DNA from: Zygnema circumcarinatum SAG 698-1b
Taxonomy: Eukaryota; Plantae; Zygnematophyceae
DNA length: 64,000 nucleotides
Direction of reading: 5' to 3'
Assembly: GCA_037447605.1 (NCBI GenBank)
Contig: CM074816.1
Coordinates: 1-64,000, forward strand
Numbering within the stretch: the stretch's first letter is position 1; each line of letters starts with the position of its first letter. The notes beneath the pieces were generated by a model that was not told the DNA's origin, ran no database searches, and worked only from the letters and a program-made list of their open reading frames with translations. This document shows, one piece after another, positions 37,096-50,107 of the stretch. The position numbers were made by a program, and so were the translations under genes.

Positions 37096-38604
37096 TCTTC
37101 CGCCTCCTCTCCACCTCCTCTCCGCCTCCTTTCCGCCTCCTCTCTGCTTCCTCTCCGCCTACTTTCCGCCTCCTCTCCTCCTCCTCTCCGCCGCCTGCTC
37201 TCTGCCTCCGCTTCGCCTCCTCTCCGCCTCCTCTCCTCCTCCTCTCCGCCTGCTCTCCGCCTGCTCTCCGCCTCCTCTTTGCCTCCTCTCCGCCTCCTCT
37301 CCGCCTCCTCTCCGCCTGCTCTCCGCCTCCTCTTCGCCTCCTCTCCGCCTCCTCTCCGCCTCTCCCCCTCCCTGCCCTTCTCCGCCGCCGCCCGCCGCCT
37401 CTTGTACTTGCTCGCTGCGGCCCGCGCGGACCTCCGTCGGTCGGTCGGTCGGTCGGCGCCCCGCGACCGCCGGACGGACGGGCGCTGGCGCGCGCTGCCA
37501 CGTGGGCGCGGCCCGTGTCGGCGGCGGCGCGCGATCGGTTGGCCGTTCCACGTCGGCGCAGGTCTGTCGCGCAGTGTGACAGCCATCACGGCCAGCGAGT
37601 CGCGCGGACTGGAGGATGTCGATACCTCGATACGCGCACTTCGTATCGAGGTATTTTCCGATACGATGAAAATTTCTATGCCGAGAGGGCGATGCTGGTA
37701 ATTGTATCTCCTGCAAGGAGCCACCAATAGCGTGCAGCACGGCGCGGACCATGGGGCCAAGCATACATACATGCATGCATGCATGGTTACATGTATGCTT
37801 GCATGCAATGTTTAAGAAAAACTCGCATGACGCAGTACCATGGCATCGTCCACGCATTCGCGGATGTTCCCACCAACATGAATGCGCAAAGACACCGATG
37901 TGACTCCTTGTTTTGTGCGCGTGTCAGACCCTCTGAAGCTTCCTAGAAACCCGGAGTTGGTCGCGGCAGTCGCGACAAATTTTCCCGCCCGGCACAATAT
38001 CGGGCATATTCCGGTAGCAGCTGATACTGGCGCCCGTATTTTCCCGGTTTGAACCTGGCCGGCTGCATTACACGTGGCGACGGGTTATTGGTTCACTTGT
38101 GCAGATTTTTTGTCCGTACAGCGTGCGTCGGTCAGGTTACCGTGGCCCCTTTCTGGCGAACGGCGTGACAGCCGTCACTGGCAGCCCCCCCTCCCTCCCT
38201 CTCTCCCTGTGAAGCAGAGCATGCTGACGGAGACACGGAATTGAACGCCAAGACACGTTCTTAATACTCATAAAATAAATCAATGAAATGAAGGAAATAT
38301 CCAACGATTCCCTATCATATTACGACATACCGTCCTCTTGACCAGAAAAGAAAAAAATATGGACACTATGCACGCTGTCCATTACTAAAAAAAAATTCCC
38401 TTTCAGCCTCATTAGGACTCTATATCACCAAGTTCCAACCCTTATCACAAATATTTCAATGAATGGTCGACCTTCCTAGCAATACATAAGGCTTGAAAAA
38501 CAAAAGGGACCTTCAGCAGTACTCTTGCAGGTCCACACACAGAGTTGAATCACAATAAAGAATCACACAAATGCCCAGCTATCATGGCAATAGTCCGAAC
38601 ACTT

Positions 38605-40910
38605 CTAAAACAACCGCTTCCTCCAAGCGCGGGTATTGGCGGCCGCTTGATCGTCGCTCCCCACAACATATAATGTAGTTATCTCGATGGCTTGCGCAGT
38701 TTCGGAATCGTGAGCGGTGGCACGACTGAATCGACTGAATCGGGAGTCTGCGCGGAGCAGTCCCGAAGTGCGATAGTCCGCAATGGTCCCGTCAAGGAAG
38801 CCCTCCGCATTCTCCCCCGGGACAACCTCCACTCGAAGGAGTTCACTGTATTTCAAAGGTTGGCCGTTCCTGCAAAACTCAACCGGAAGCTCCAATTGAT
38901 TTTTTTTTATATTGCTTCACAATCAAACATGTGCAATCCAACGTAGAACACCGCCTTGCAATTTCTCAATTCTGAGCCATAAGCCCCCAAGCACGAACGC
39001 AGAGCTAGTGCTCAACTTGAGGCAGAGGCAGAGCACTTACAGTCGTTCCTTGTGGTCGTTCCTGAAGGTCTGTCCCAAAATGCCGTGAACATTCTCCGAC
39101 ACATCCGCGGCGACCACCTCGAAGTCAAAGTGTACTACGCCGTCCGATTCCGTGCGCAGCATCGCGATCTCCGGTCGGAGGGTCAGCCGCATTTTCAGGA
39201 CGTTCCCAACGGTCAGTTCGTACACGTCGACCAAATCGTCGGCACTCGGCTGCTTCGCGGCAACCCAACGCAGTTCTATGTTGCCCCCACCGCGTCGTAC
39301 GGAGTCACCGGCCTGCGCCAGGCGCACCTCCTCACCGTCGATTTCCATGCGAGCCATGTAGCCACTATCGTACTGCCACCTGGCACCCTCGCGGGCCTCC
39401 AGCGCGATGGTGTGGTGTCCCCAGAGGATGCCCATTTTGCGGATCCATGTGAGCGCCTTGTGGGGGTCGTTGCCCCACTGCCCGTAACGGCCGCCATAGA
39501 ACACGTTCACGTGGAGGTGCGAGTCGCTGATGAGACTGAAGGTCGTGTTGGGCTCACCTGTCAACGTGCAATAGGGACTGTACGCGTGAGGTACTGGGCG
39601 TTGTTTTTGCATGCAAGCAAAGGAGGGAAGGCTCAATTTGTCAAAACTGCAAATGTTCAATATTTTTTGCCATGGACATTGTAATGCTGACTGGAGGGCC
39701 TACCGGAGAAGTCGAAGTGAGAGCCGTCTGCCCCCGTGTAGTGCGGGTCCCCTGTGCCCCCCGGAGTGGTGGGACACGTGGACCTCTTTGTGCTCGGCGA
39801 GTAGCACACGCCGCTCGTGATCTGCAGGTCGGCCCCTGCGCTCGTTATCTGCGTAAACTGAGTGTTGCCGCCTCCGATGAACCCGTTCGTCTGCAAAAAC
39901 CGAACAATGGAAGGAATGTTCAGCTTGTTGTTCGTAATATGAGAAGAGTCACAGCAGGCAAGTGAAAAGTTTTAGATATAAATTTTTCCGGGAAAGACGG
40001 ACCGGGGAAGCGCCGATGGCACATGCATTGCCGGCTGTCCGAATGGGACACGTGGCGTTCTTGATCTCGACGTAGCAGCCCGCCACGTATGCAGTAGGGC
40101 GTACGCCTTTTGTCGGATTCCCGCTGACAAATAACCAGTCAAGAAAGTTCGTATTGACATTCCCAGATGCTGACGAACCGGTAAGCGAGAGCTGCAGACA
40201 CGCGTCATTCAGTTTTTCAGTCAAAGAATGAAAAACCCAACTTCGGACAACATTTGGTGAATATTTTCCGGGAAGAAAAAATGTTTGTACTGTGTTTTCA
40301 AGTACAGGATAATGGTGGGGGGAAAGGCGGGAAATCAACCTTGAAAGTTCCGTCTTTGGCGGTCGTCCCAGTGGCCCACACGAAAAGTGGGTTCGGCACT
40401 TTTGTGGTCGAAATTATGGTGCAGTTGACAGTGATCTGATATGCGCATGTGATATGGAACATCAGTTCTCAAAAAAATAGACTAATGAATCTCTGGCATC
40501 CAATTGCATCCCCATCCCGCCCCTTGCTTTTTATCCCTCCCCCTCCCTCTGGAACTGGCCTTCCTGCCGGCCATCCCCTCTCCTTGCCCTCTTCTCTCTC
40601 TCAAACGCTGACAACCATCCTAACGATAATTCAGAAGCAGTACCGCAGAGTTGGCAAGACGCTCGTCCTTGGAGTCGGCGCCGTCCCAGCAGCCGTCACA
40701 GACCGCGGTGCCCATAAAGGCGCACGCTCTCTGCATGGAAACGCCCAATTCCGTCAGCTCCGGGCACATCGGTACTTGCTAACACTATGCAGCGGCAGGA
40801 ACCTATTTTTGCGAAACTTAGCTTCATGCTGACCAACTCACCGCAGCGGGAACGAGGGCGAGCATGAGGAGGGCGAAAAGGGCCAAGTGGCGATGCCCGT
40901 CAGCTGCCAT
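38605..40910 (-). CDS. Secreted protein with N-terminal Ole e 1-like domain and C-terminal root-cap/LEA-related domain, multi-exon
   Basis: Exon 1 MAADGHRHLALFALLMLALVPAA (40910-40842). Then FMGTAVCDGC..LANSA..ITVNC..GTTAKDGTFK..CYVEI..C. Then GDPHYTGADGSHFDFSG, FSLISDSHLHVN, TWIRKMGILWG, VHGILGQTFR, GFLDGTIADYRTSGL..SRF. Internal exon limits approximate. Confidence 0.8.
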
Positions 40911-43108
40911 GACTGCTCTCTTCCTCGTTCTTGCTCTCTCTTGCTCTCACTCTCTCCCACTCACTCTCTCCCTCTCACTCCCTCTCACTCTCTCCCTCTC
41001 ACCCTCTCGCTCTGTCCCTCTCTCTCCCTCAGTGTTATGCTCTCGCTCTCGCTGCTCCACTCTCTCGCCTGCAGTGATCTACAGTACTGCCGCCGTCAGT
41101 CCAATTATAAAGGCGGCGGCCGCACACTTGTGTCAAATTCTAACCGCCGCCGGCACGTTTTTGCAACAGGCCGTAAGGACCGTACAATGCGAAAAAAAAG
41201 GGTCAACGGCTGCCCACTTTTCTCCGGAAAACGCCAAATGTTGGTTACAATTTGGTTGGAAATTGACACGCGACTTATTTTTGTCAACTCTCTTTTGGAG
41301 TTTTTTCTACCGAACTGCCGCTCTTTTTGTCGTATGTGGATCACCATCACCGACCTGCGGGCCCGGTGGGGGTGCTTTGTGTCCGTACAGATTCCGAACG
41401 GATACGACAGAGACCTGACCGTACGGAGTCTCTTCCATGTGTACTTTCAAATCTTGTCGTACAGTAGTGGAGTCGCATTGTCCGTATCTAAAACAAACCA
41501 AAAACGACAAACCTTAAATTGGTTTTTTCCGGCCTTTGCGCCACGAAAACCAGTCCCCGAATTCGGGTTTGTCACCGGCCAACGAATTCCGTGTCGCCAC
41601 GTGGACGGAGGTCGGCCGGCGGAGGACCGGCAGGGGTCGAAACCGGTAGAGCCTGTACACAGCCAGCCACAGTCCGGTTATGTACTTTGTCGTTTCCGAT
41701 GGGGACAGCCGGCCAATTTCCGGACGGAGCGGCGGACGGCGAGTGCAATAACCGGCCGGCGACGGCAGTTGACGGTTGGACCTCGACACGGTTCGCCGAA
41801 CATGGGATTCACAAATATGGTATTCGCTCGGCTCGTAAGTTCTACTATACATGATACAGTGCGACGCATTTCCCATAGTGCGACTTGCATGCGACATTTG
41901 TGTCGCACTGTGGGGACGAAATTGGGGCGCCAAAAGAGCCACATGCCTCGCATGGCATGCGTGGTGTTATTTGGGCATGTCAGACTTAACAAAATCGTGC
42001 GAAAAGTAAAGTTAGTGCTGTACTCCTATGCAAGTGTATTGCGATGTCACTGGAGTACTCGTATTGGTGTCAAACTTACAAACAACTCCCCTATGAGTTT
42101 AACATGCCTTACTGATGTTGATTGCACGTCGCAATAGGGGGGTTCGGACTTAGCGCGGAGCGTACGAAATTCTCGAATTCAGTACTGTATACGAAAAGTC
42201 ATTTTTTTCGTGTACGAATTTCGGCCCGGGATCCGCGGCTCTGTTGGACCCAGCCGTACCGAAATGCGTACCTAACCATGCGAAGGATGCCCGGCATGCG
42301 TACGAAATTGAATTGGTCGTGATTTAAATCTGACACCCCTTTTTAAGGTTCGAATAGAGCAGTGACAAACTCTATATGCACCAGATACTTCTTCATATTC
42401 TTCTCAGAAACGAATGTCAAAATCACTCAGATTACACGATTGAATCTTATTTTTTGTTGACAATTTATGCGAACCATCCATTATTAGAGATCCATCCATT
42501 AATCCATCCATCCATTTTTTTAGTTTAAAGGTAGGGGCCGCGCAAGCGCAGGCCCCCGCTGACACAAATTATGGCGTACATCACCGGGAGTTCCGGCGTG
42601 TTAGGGATCGGGCCCGCCGTAGTGCAATGGCGCGCCCTACCCTAGGCCATCGGCCTTCCTGATCACCGATTGACCCCGCCCAGGTAAGTATGACCTTATG
42701 TTAGCCGCGGCAGAGTAAGTAGCGCCTGCGCAAGGTGGCGCAGCAATCGTTGTGGGAGAATTCAAGATCAGTTTCGACGCGGGCGCGGCCGTGCGGGCGC
42801 AGACTCGTTGGACGGCTTCAAGGGCTCGCCGAGGATGGAAGTCAAGGCCCTACGGACGGACGGACGGACGGTACGAAGGTTTGGACCCTGCCGGTATTGG
42901 CCAACTTTCAACCGCGTTTGGTTTTCTGCTACCCCTTAGCCTCTCAAGGAGACACTGAACGCTCATTTTTGCAAGCGGGCAGCACGAAAGCAATCGCGAA
43001 AGCGAGTAGTTTCCATGGTTTAGGCAAGACCAGCTCCTGCACGAGCACCAGTCTGACCCTGCTCTGCCTGAGAGTGCCTCTCTTAGCACCTCTCCTAGAA
43101 TCAGTGCA

Positions 43109-43205
43109 GGAGTGGGAGTGGGAGTGGGAGTGGGAGTGGGAGTGGGAGTGGGAGTGGGAGTGGGAGTGGGAGTGGGAGTGGGAGTGGGAGTGGGAGTGGG
43201 AGTGG
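43109..43205. repeat. (GGAGTG)16 hexamer microsatellite
   Basis: Perfect tandem array. Confidence 0.95.
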
Positions 43206-44435
43206 AGGGGAAGGGTCCAATGCTCAAGCAGGATACACTTCTCTCCCTCGTTCCAGATCAGTACAAGTACATGAACAGTGGGGGGCCATCTCTCTCCTTT
43301 TGAAAGGGAAGCAATAGGCGTAGGAGGGGAAACTTCTGGCCCTACAGGAGTGATATCTCACAGCTTGAGTATGCCAAAATTGCAGCAAACATATTTTCAT
43401 GGTTAGTGCAGCCATCTCATACATCTTCAGGATCAGTTTTCGGTGAAGGCCTAAAGAAGCCTCTTATACTGATATGAAAAAGGGTATGGCAGCACACCAG
43501 GCAGCTTAAGAGCCAACGATTAAACAAGAGCAGAAGAAAGTAGAAGTCGAGCTCGGAGTAGGAATGCAAATCCCACTGCACAAAGGCGAGCTTTTACGTA
43601 GTATTGTACCGATTTAATTTGTTCTTCTGACTTGCTTCGTAGTCCACAGAAGGGGTTGGATACGAAGTGCGAAGGGGCTGAATGTGAAAAATGTATATGA
43701 CAAAATGTCATCCAAATCTCCAGCAATTGTAGACGCCTCACATTCAACGGTCTGGATGCCCCAAAACGCGCACGCGGCTTTTAACACAGTCAGAATCACG
43801 AGGGCCTGTGTGGGCAATTGGGCATATCCAAAGGTCAAGGATCGCGAAATCGGGCACATGGCATATCCAACAAACACTAGCTCAAAGAATGCGCGCAGTG
43901 CAGTGATTGAACATGGTACTAGCAGCTCGACTGTTGTTGTTCATGGGAAGTATCAAGTAAGGCACCATGGCCCATCTGCGCTGTCATGCAATTCTTGTGC
44001 TCTTGGTTGAAGTGCTTGGAGTTTGGAAAATGCTTCAGTGGTTTTTACAAATGCAAGGTCTGAAGGGCGCAATAGGAAGCATAGTTTTGACGCATTTGCA
44101 CCCCCCACGGCATGAAAGGAGTTTCCTTGCCATTATCGAACCGTCGTTGCATGGAGAGGACAACGACGCACACAGTTATCTTGAGCCGTTCTGTGCTGCA
44201 GGTTTACCCCGCTTTCATTTGCTCCATGGATGAACCCATCAGCAGTGAATGCATGTTGGCCATGGCCCACGGACCATGGGAATGGCTCCCTCCCATGACA
44301 TCCACATGAGCTTCGCTATTAAATTACACCCAAAGCTACCAGTAAATCCTAGAATGCTCGAAAGCAAACTACCCTTTCCAACCGTCCCAGAACCACCCGA
44401 AAATTTATGTACGACCGTTCTGTCTTAGCGTTCCG

Positions 44436-47400
44436 TCAAACTGCTTCACATGTAACCAACACGGACGGCCGATTCACGACCGGTTGATCTGAAAGGAAGT
44501 CGTTCTCCATGTGCTGTCCGTTATGGCTAGAATTCCGTTCAACTGCTGCAGCTACCGCCGGCTTTTCCAGAGGTTCTTTCGTCCATTTGAAGCCTTGACC
44601 GACTCTTTTAAAGAGGAGCCCGCATCCCTTTACCGGACCCAAAACAAACCCTGAAAATCCCCTACATATTCCCCAAAAAAGTCCTTTAATTCCGTCGCGG
44701 CTATATGCTCCGTAGGGTTCCGTTACGAGGCCACTGCATGCCGATCCTGCAATTCAGAAATTTGAAAACAAGACCAATTAAATAGAATCCAGTTTCTTTT
44801 TAGGTCCTTCCAAAATGGATTGGCTTTAAAATGCGAGAAATATGAAGATATAAACGATGGATAGGAGAAAGCTTATTACCTATTTCAGAGAAGAATTCAC
44901 GGATACCGAGACAGATGCTATGCCACGGTTGTCGATAAATTTCCGCAGACCAATCGACGGGTTTGTATGTGACCCGTTGGTGAAATGCCGTATCTGAATT
45001 TGTGGGTGCATGGAGAAACTGGAACAAGGAGTCGCAGTTCAACGCAATCAGTTAACCCATAAAAATATTGAAGCCGGTGCAGGTTCATTCCCTCCATGAT
45101 TCAACAAAGAATATTTGTTTCTTTATAAAGCTGATCCATTATGAACACAGCTTAAATCTGTTCAACAGCAGCCTGTGTTCAACCCGCTGAACAGAACTAC
45201 TTCCCGCGGAGAAGTTTCGCAGAAAGAGGGCGCACCTGGTCTGCGCTTTCCGAGAGCTTCATTTTGCAGTCGAGGCAGAAGGAGTGCGCCGTTCTGGAGA
45301 TGTGCAACCCTCCTGCTACTCAGCGGAGGGAGAGAGGAGGAGAGAGAGTGGAGGAAAGAGGAAGAGAGCGGCTGCGCGCGTGCGAGAGAGAGAGAGAGAG
45401 AGATGTGGCAGGGGAGGGGGAGGGGAGAGAGAGATAGAGAGAGAAGTGGCAAGGGAAGGGGAGGGGGGAGAGGGAGAGAAGGGGGAGGGAGAGGAGGAAA
45501 GAGCGAGAGGGGAAAGGGAGAGGAGTGAGAGTGTGTGAGGGACGGAGAGAGAGAGAGAGAGAGAGAGAGCGCTTGCTTACTTGTGAGGATACATGTCACA
45601 CGTGATGCTTTGGACCGGCAAGTGGCGATAGAAGGCTTCAACGGCTCTCTCCACCCCATCCTCTCTGCACAATCACACGTGCGGGGCCGTACTTAGGAAT
45701 CAAGCTTAACCTAAGATTTTCCATTCTCCTCACCAATCGCCACACATAAACCGGGAGCAGACAAACCCGGCTCATGAAACTCTGCCACGCAACTTAAGGC
45801 TGAAATTTGGGATTTGGGAATGTAATAAACGTAGATTTTCCTCAATGCTGGATTCAATTTCAATTTAAACCGGTCGAAGGAAACGGGAAAAAAAAGCAAT
45901 AAGAAAATGAAAAAAAACATAACCTGGTACACACACCGATTAAGTGCATCGCTAAGTTCTTTCACCCGGGTCTGTACTTCGGGCAGCCGCAAAAATTTGA
46001 CTCCATGCAGGAAATTGGTCTCATTTAGTTCTGCGAGCGGGATTGGCGGGGGACCCACCCCCTTCGCTTGCACGAGCCCCCCCCTGTTCCATGTGCATGG
46101 TTTCAGTTCACTTTGAGAAATCCCAAAGTTACTTACTTACTTACTTTTTTTGTTTTCTTTGCTTCTTTTCTTTTGTCCCTTTTCTCAAAACGATCAGTCA
46201 CTGAAACAGATCAGCCCCCCCCCCCNNNNNNNNNNCCTTTTTTTTTTTTTTTTTTCTTCGATTTTTGAAGGACAGGATGTAAGAAACTGACCAGAAAAAT
46301 TGATCCCCGAAAAAAGGGACTACCATTGTAGGGAGGGCAGCCTTCAGTCCGGCAGCCACTGTTCCGGCCCCTCCGTGGTGCACCTACCCCCAAAGATCCG
46401 TAAACCGTTCAACGGAGAACGGAACTATGGAAAAGATCGCATGTAACAGTTGCTAAAATAAGGGTCATTTTAACTGAATTTCATATTCCACATTTCATAT
46501 TTAGTATACAAATTACATATTCTATGTTCTTAGTTCTTAGTTCATATGCTTACTGCGGCGCAACATTTGGGAAATAGCCACGTGTGCGGAACGTTATCGA
46601 TAAAGAGAATTGTGGATGGAGTTGCCATTCCCTGCAAAGCTCCGAGCTTGCCCCATCCTCTCGATATTACCCCCCTCAGACCTGCCTGCAAAAAAGGACA
46701 CAATTTTAAGCATAAACTGAAATTCTAAGTTTAAGAGAAGCTGAAACTTGTATGGTGAAAAGTTTGTGTTTGAATGGCTAATCGAAGAGTTTCTTTTGTT
46801 GGGGTCCAAAAGGATGTTTTGCAGTTCAAATTGGCCATGTTTGTTGAATTTGACTTTGACTTTGACTTCTTCTTAGGGAGAGATTTTGATGGGGGTGAGG
46901 TTTAGAAAGCACCTTTTTCAGGACAGAGAAAATTATTTCGGTAAGTTTTTGGGGATTTTTTATCGCCATGCTTCCGAAGCCGATGTAAATTGGCGGATCT
47001 CCGGATGCTAAAAAATCAGAAATTTCGGCAGGAGGGGTATATGTGGAATTAGATTGAAGATCCATGAAGCCAACCACGTCGATAAGATCGGCCCAATCCC
47101 TAAATCGGAAGAAAAAAAAAAAAAAAACCCTCAACATATGAGAAAGGTAAAACGGGGGAAAAGGCATATATCATTGAATGTTGCGTCGTTTGAGCCCAAG
47201 ATCCTTTTTAATTTCTAAGAAAAAAGCTAAATCTGCTGAATTTTTGAAACCAGAGTCTACGAGTTTTTAATTATTGTCTTTAGATTATTAAGTTTTTTAA
47301 TCGAATTGATACCGTGGCTTCGGCGCCAGCAACGGACTCCATGCGAAGGAAAACGGAACTGAGAGGCGATGCAGAATTGTTGCAGACCCGTCCGGCCATA

Positions 47401-50107
47401 GGAGAGGGCTGAGCTCCAAAGCGCTTGTACGGAACTGGAGAGGAAGGGAGAGGAGGCATGTGTGTGTGTGTGAGAGAGAGAGAGAGGAAAAGGGACAGAG
47501 GTAGAGAGAAGAAGGGAGAGAGCGAGAGGTTGAGAAAGAGGATCGAGAAAGGGAAAGGGACAGAGGTAGAGAGGAGAAGGGAGAGAACGAGAGGGTGAGA
47601 GAGAGGATCGAGAGAGGGAAAGGGACAGAGGTAGAGAGAAGAAGGGAGAGAGCGAGAGGGTGAGAGAGAGGATCGAGAGAGGGAAAGGAACAGAGGTAGA
47701 GAGGAGTGAAAGAGACAGAGCAAAGGAGGGAAAAAAAGTGGGAGGAGGGAGGGAGGGAGGGAGGCAGGGGAGGAAGGGAAGCGGGGCTTACATCATTAAT
47801 AATATCCATAACACCACTGTTCATAAAAAATTCGACACCGTAATAAGATAGCCAATTAGAAATAGATCTCCTCCCGGGCGTGTAGGGAAGTCGAGAAAAT
47901 GGATGCGGATATTCCTTTGTTGGGCTGCAATAGTGCTAATTTCAAATAAGTGCGATCGGAAACTGTTAACTTAAATCGAGTAAAATTAATTGCATTATTG
48001 AATCCCTCTCTTTTTTAGTCCAAATTTCCTAATGTTGCAACAAGCGAAATGTGATCAAGCGAGTCAAACACAAAAAATAAAGGAAATGTGGCTCAGGAAA
48101 CTTATTTTTTCTTTATTATTGAAAGAAATTAAAATTAATTATTTCTCAACGGCTAGGATTTGCCGCACCTCCAGGGCATTGTGAACACAATATGAAGAGG
48201 TACGCCAAGTTTTTGAGCACAATGCAGATGGCCTGTTCAGAGAAATGAGTATCCAGCAATCGCTCAAAATGGATACTTTAGTTATATGGGAAAGGAAAGA
48301 CACTCGCTTCTCCATTCTTGATGAACATGCATTCCTATTGATAATGAGTTGAGACCAACGACAAAGAAAATTCAACTCAGTGGCTGTCGAGGCTTACTAA
48401 AGTCAACATAGAACTTAATTGTAGCAACACATTTTCTTAGTTAACTCGTTAATTGAGAGGCTAAATCTGTAAAAAGGATCCGAGTTTGAATGTGTATGTG
48501 TATGCACGTGTGCATTTTTTTGTGAGAGAGTGAGAGAGAAAGAAAGAAGGAAGGGAGAAAGTGAGAGAGGGAAAGAGAGCGACAGGGTGAGAGCGCGGGA
48601 GGGAGAGGGAGAGAGAAGGAGAGAGAGAGAAGCCCACCAGATGCTGGCGGATTGGCGATGATTGCGTCTGCACGGAAAGGGGCACACGTGTCGAGCGAGG
48701 GTTGGACGCAGGCAGGCCACGTGGAGAAGATAATCTTGCGATATTCGCTGCGCTGATGGTGCAGTTCCGACAGTCGCGACGGAAAAATGCCGCAGTTTTC
48801 AACCATGGCTGAGCCACCACCAGATTTTACAAGTATTGCAGAGATGAATGGAGAGGAGAAATCATCGACAAGTGTTTGTAGGATATTAAGCACTTCAGAT
48901 TCGGTTCATCGGCTAAATTGAAGGCGAAGTTTGAGTTCACATTTAAGTTTAGATTGAGCTTCAGATTTGAGTTTCTTCTGCATTTACCTGCACTCAAGTA
49001 TTCGGGATCGCCTCCAAGGGGAAAGAATTCGAGACCGTGGCTCTTCACAAAGTCGGAATACATGTCATTTGTTGCTAACCTACACTCAAAAGATTTCGCA
49101 GTTAAAGTGCAGTTAGTTAAGTGAGGTTCAAAGCATTTGGAGTCAGTGTAAGTTCAATGTAAGGTTCGATAGAGGTGAGGGACGAATCAGTAATGGATCC
49201 ATGTGAGGGTCTGTGATGATTGCGATTTGAACAGCGTGAGCTAAAATTGAAGAGGTAGTTTTTTTTTTATGAACACAGAATTTTAAGCAGCTTTTAAAAG
49301 GTATTATATGGATGGGAAAAATCACCTCACATGATGACCGTGAACTTCAGAAAGTCGCAACCCCAAAGCGACGAATGGTTGGATATCGCCCCGGGTTCCG
49401 ACCACCTGCCCTTTGAAGGTAGACTGTGATGATTGTAACGAGGGAAGCGGGGAGAGGAAGGGGCGCAGAGAGAGAGAGAGGGAGACCTTCTGAACGGCTG
49501 CCGTTCCTTTGGAAGCAATCAACAATGTAGGCAGACAGGAGAGAGGGAGAGGGGAATGGTGGATAAAATAGAGGGAGGAGGGATTACAGGGAGATTCTGT
49601 TTGAGGATCATTGTGAGGGAGGGAGGGAGGGAGGGAGAATGTGACTAGGAGATGAGAGGGAGTGGAAGGGGGGGGGGGAAGAGGGGGTGCGGGCAGCGGG
49701 GGAGGAGAGCGAGAAAGAATGGGGGAGAAAGAGATTGCCACATTTCACATTTTCTACCAGTCAAAATCCCCTGGACAGTCAGTCAATTTGAATAAAAAAC
49801 ATTCTTAGAAAAAGCCACCAAGACAAACCGGATCATTCTTTCCGAAATTCTACAGGTGAAATATAAACAACATAGCAGTTAAAATCTCACCACAAAAGAG
49901 TGGCATTCTCACCATGATCACAATCTGCATCCGTGGAACTCCTCTCGCCTGCTCTGCATTGAAACCATCCTCCAAGTCTGGGAGTTCTGAAACCTCAACT
50001 CCTTTTCCATCAGAAAATGTTCCATACCGCATACCTCCACCTTTGCAAACATTTCTATGTGCGTGACTATGGCCTGCAGTTTCGCATGTGTTTTCTTCCA
50101 CCTTCAT
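44436..50107 (-). CDS. Sterol 3-beta-glucosyltransferase-like (GT1, UGT80 family), many exons
   Basis: Exonic motifs in order: [128 protein letters not shown]. Start codon and distal 3' exons are less certain. Confidence 0.88.

Larger units (their letters stand above)
31400..37675 (-). repeat. Right arm of large inverted duplication
   Basis: Reverse-complement similarity to 20550-27960, lacking the MULE. End points are approximate. Confidence 0.85.

Noticed and set aside
42135-42342. Possible hAT-like MITE with AGGGG ends
   Set aside because: Terminal match is weak and the flanks give no 8-bp TSD.
42735-43303. ORFs with (WE)n, (GV)n or (TP)n repeats
   Set aside because: Translations of the (GGAGTG)16 microsatellite with no supporting context.
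47470-47710. Roughly 65-80-bp GA-rich tandem repeats
   Set aside because: Ordinary low-complexity expansion within a UGT intron; not CRISPR-like (no unique spacers).
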